A DNA stretch of 64,000 bases. Source: Squalus acanthias. Its lineage: Eukaryota. A program made the position numbers and the translations under genes. The number at the start of each line of letters is the position of its first letter. The stretch's first letter is position 1. Below, one piece after another: positions 62,996 through 64,000 of the stretch. Below the pieces are notes generated by a model. That model worked only from the letters and a program-made list of their open reading frames with translations, had not been told where the DNA came from and made no database searches. Location of the stretch: positions 147,188,001 to 147,252,000 of the forward strand of contig CM059428.1 in NCBI GenBank assembly GCA_030390025.1, given 5' to 3'.

Positions 62996-64000
62996 CTGCC
63001 CCCCTCTTCTCCTCCTCTCGGGATACATGTGTGCGGTTGCCTGGCAGCGACACCTCGCGGCTGCAGCAGGAAGGCAGGGCTGGGAGCGCGGCTGGGAAGC
63101 TGCGAGCGACGGACTTTTGATATCACACTTTTGATGGGGTAACATTTATCGTCGCGCGAAAGTTTAGAGACCCCTGCCCGGCTCTTTAATATTTAGCTAA
63201 CACAGCGGGGTTTGCTTTTTAAGGTGAACATGCCGACATGGTAACTTGAATTTTTACATGGAAAACCCCATATTACCTTAAAATGTTATTGAGTCATTCG
63301 CAGCTGGCAGCATCATTTCGGGATTGTCCCATTCGGTAATTGGTCGTGTGATCCAATAAAAAAGTGCACTCTCCGATTCTAGGCTTGAGGGTATTGCAGA
63401 TGAAGGGGTGAGACAGCATCATAAATTGTTAGAGGGGCACAAGCAATTTAGCAGCATCATCTGCACCGTATTCGATATTTATACCATTTTTGCTCATGTT
63501 TTCCTAGTTGATATAATGGTAAACTGCATGCTCCCAAGATCAAAACGTGATTGGAGCTATAGTGAACGAGTTTTATTTAACCCCATGTCCATGTTAGGTA
63601 ATTTCATTCAGCAGATCACCTCTACATGCCTTGTTTGTAAAATTATTTTGATTTTATTTAGGTTTGCGTAAGGAACAGGATATTCAAGTTGAATATTTTC
63701 ATTATATATCAAGATGTTGAAGTGTGAACAGCTTTTTTACAGGAGGTCAACCTGAATAGAATTATATACAACATGCCATAGAACTGGAGTTAGACTGCAA
63801 GAAACATTGATAGTTTTGTTTATGAAGCTCTAACTAAAGAAAATGACCCTATCGATTCTGACACAAAAAACTGTGGCAAATTCACTAGACCCTTCTATAC
63901 AAAATGCAATCAAAATATCATTATTAAATGACAAGCTTTATAACATCCAATTACCAAAGGAAATTATTCCAATTCTCTAGGTATATAAATAACAAGATCA

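Larger units (their letters stand above)
62220..63180. promoter_or_regulatory. CpG island, probable ARHGAP12 promoter
   Basis: Only long non-transposon GC/CpG-rich stretch in the window. It lies ~6 kb upstream of the first coding exon and contains a GC box (ggggcggg ~62289), GCC runs and several TGCGCATGCG motifs. Confidence 0.8.

Noticed and set aside
62510-63145. Overlapping ORFs in several frames in the GC-rich region
   Set aside because: They are low-complexity translations of a CpG island and minisatellite, with no domain similarity.

Overview
Eukaryotic, vertebrate DNA. The repeat content (HE1/V-SINE, DeuSINE-type SINEs, abundant CR1 and L2 LINEs) points to a cartilaginous fish. The only host gene I can support is the 5' end of ARHGAP12 on the minus strand. 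It has a CpG-island promoter at about 62.2-63.2 kb with a ~46-bp tandem repeat carrying NRF1-type motifs, and a first coding exon at 55457-56249 encoding the SH3 domain. Everything to the left is one very large intron; I did not find the next coding exon. The intron is full of nested, mostly decayed retroelements and MITEs. Two observations stand out. (1) Young Penelope-like insertions form perfect fold-backs, with a minimal hammerhead ribozyme in each arm, a shared 34-36 nt one-sided tail and clear TSDs (7371-7658 and 16043-16927; an older relative at 47149-47338). (2) A ~3.2-kb ORF1-less APE-RT LINE begins with a tRNA-derived Pol III head (29173-32363), and an internally deleted SINE with the same head and tail lies at 10262-10633. 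All family names were recognised by eye, not by database search, and boundaries of old repeats are approximate.
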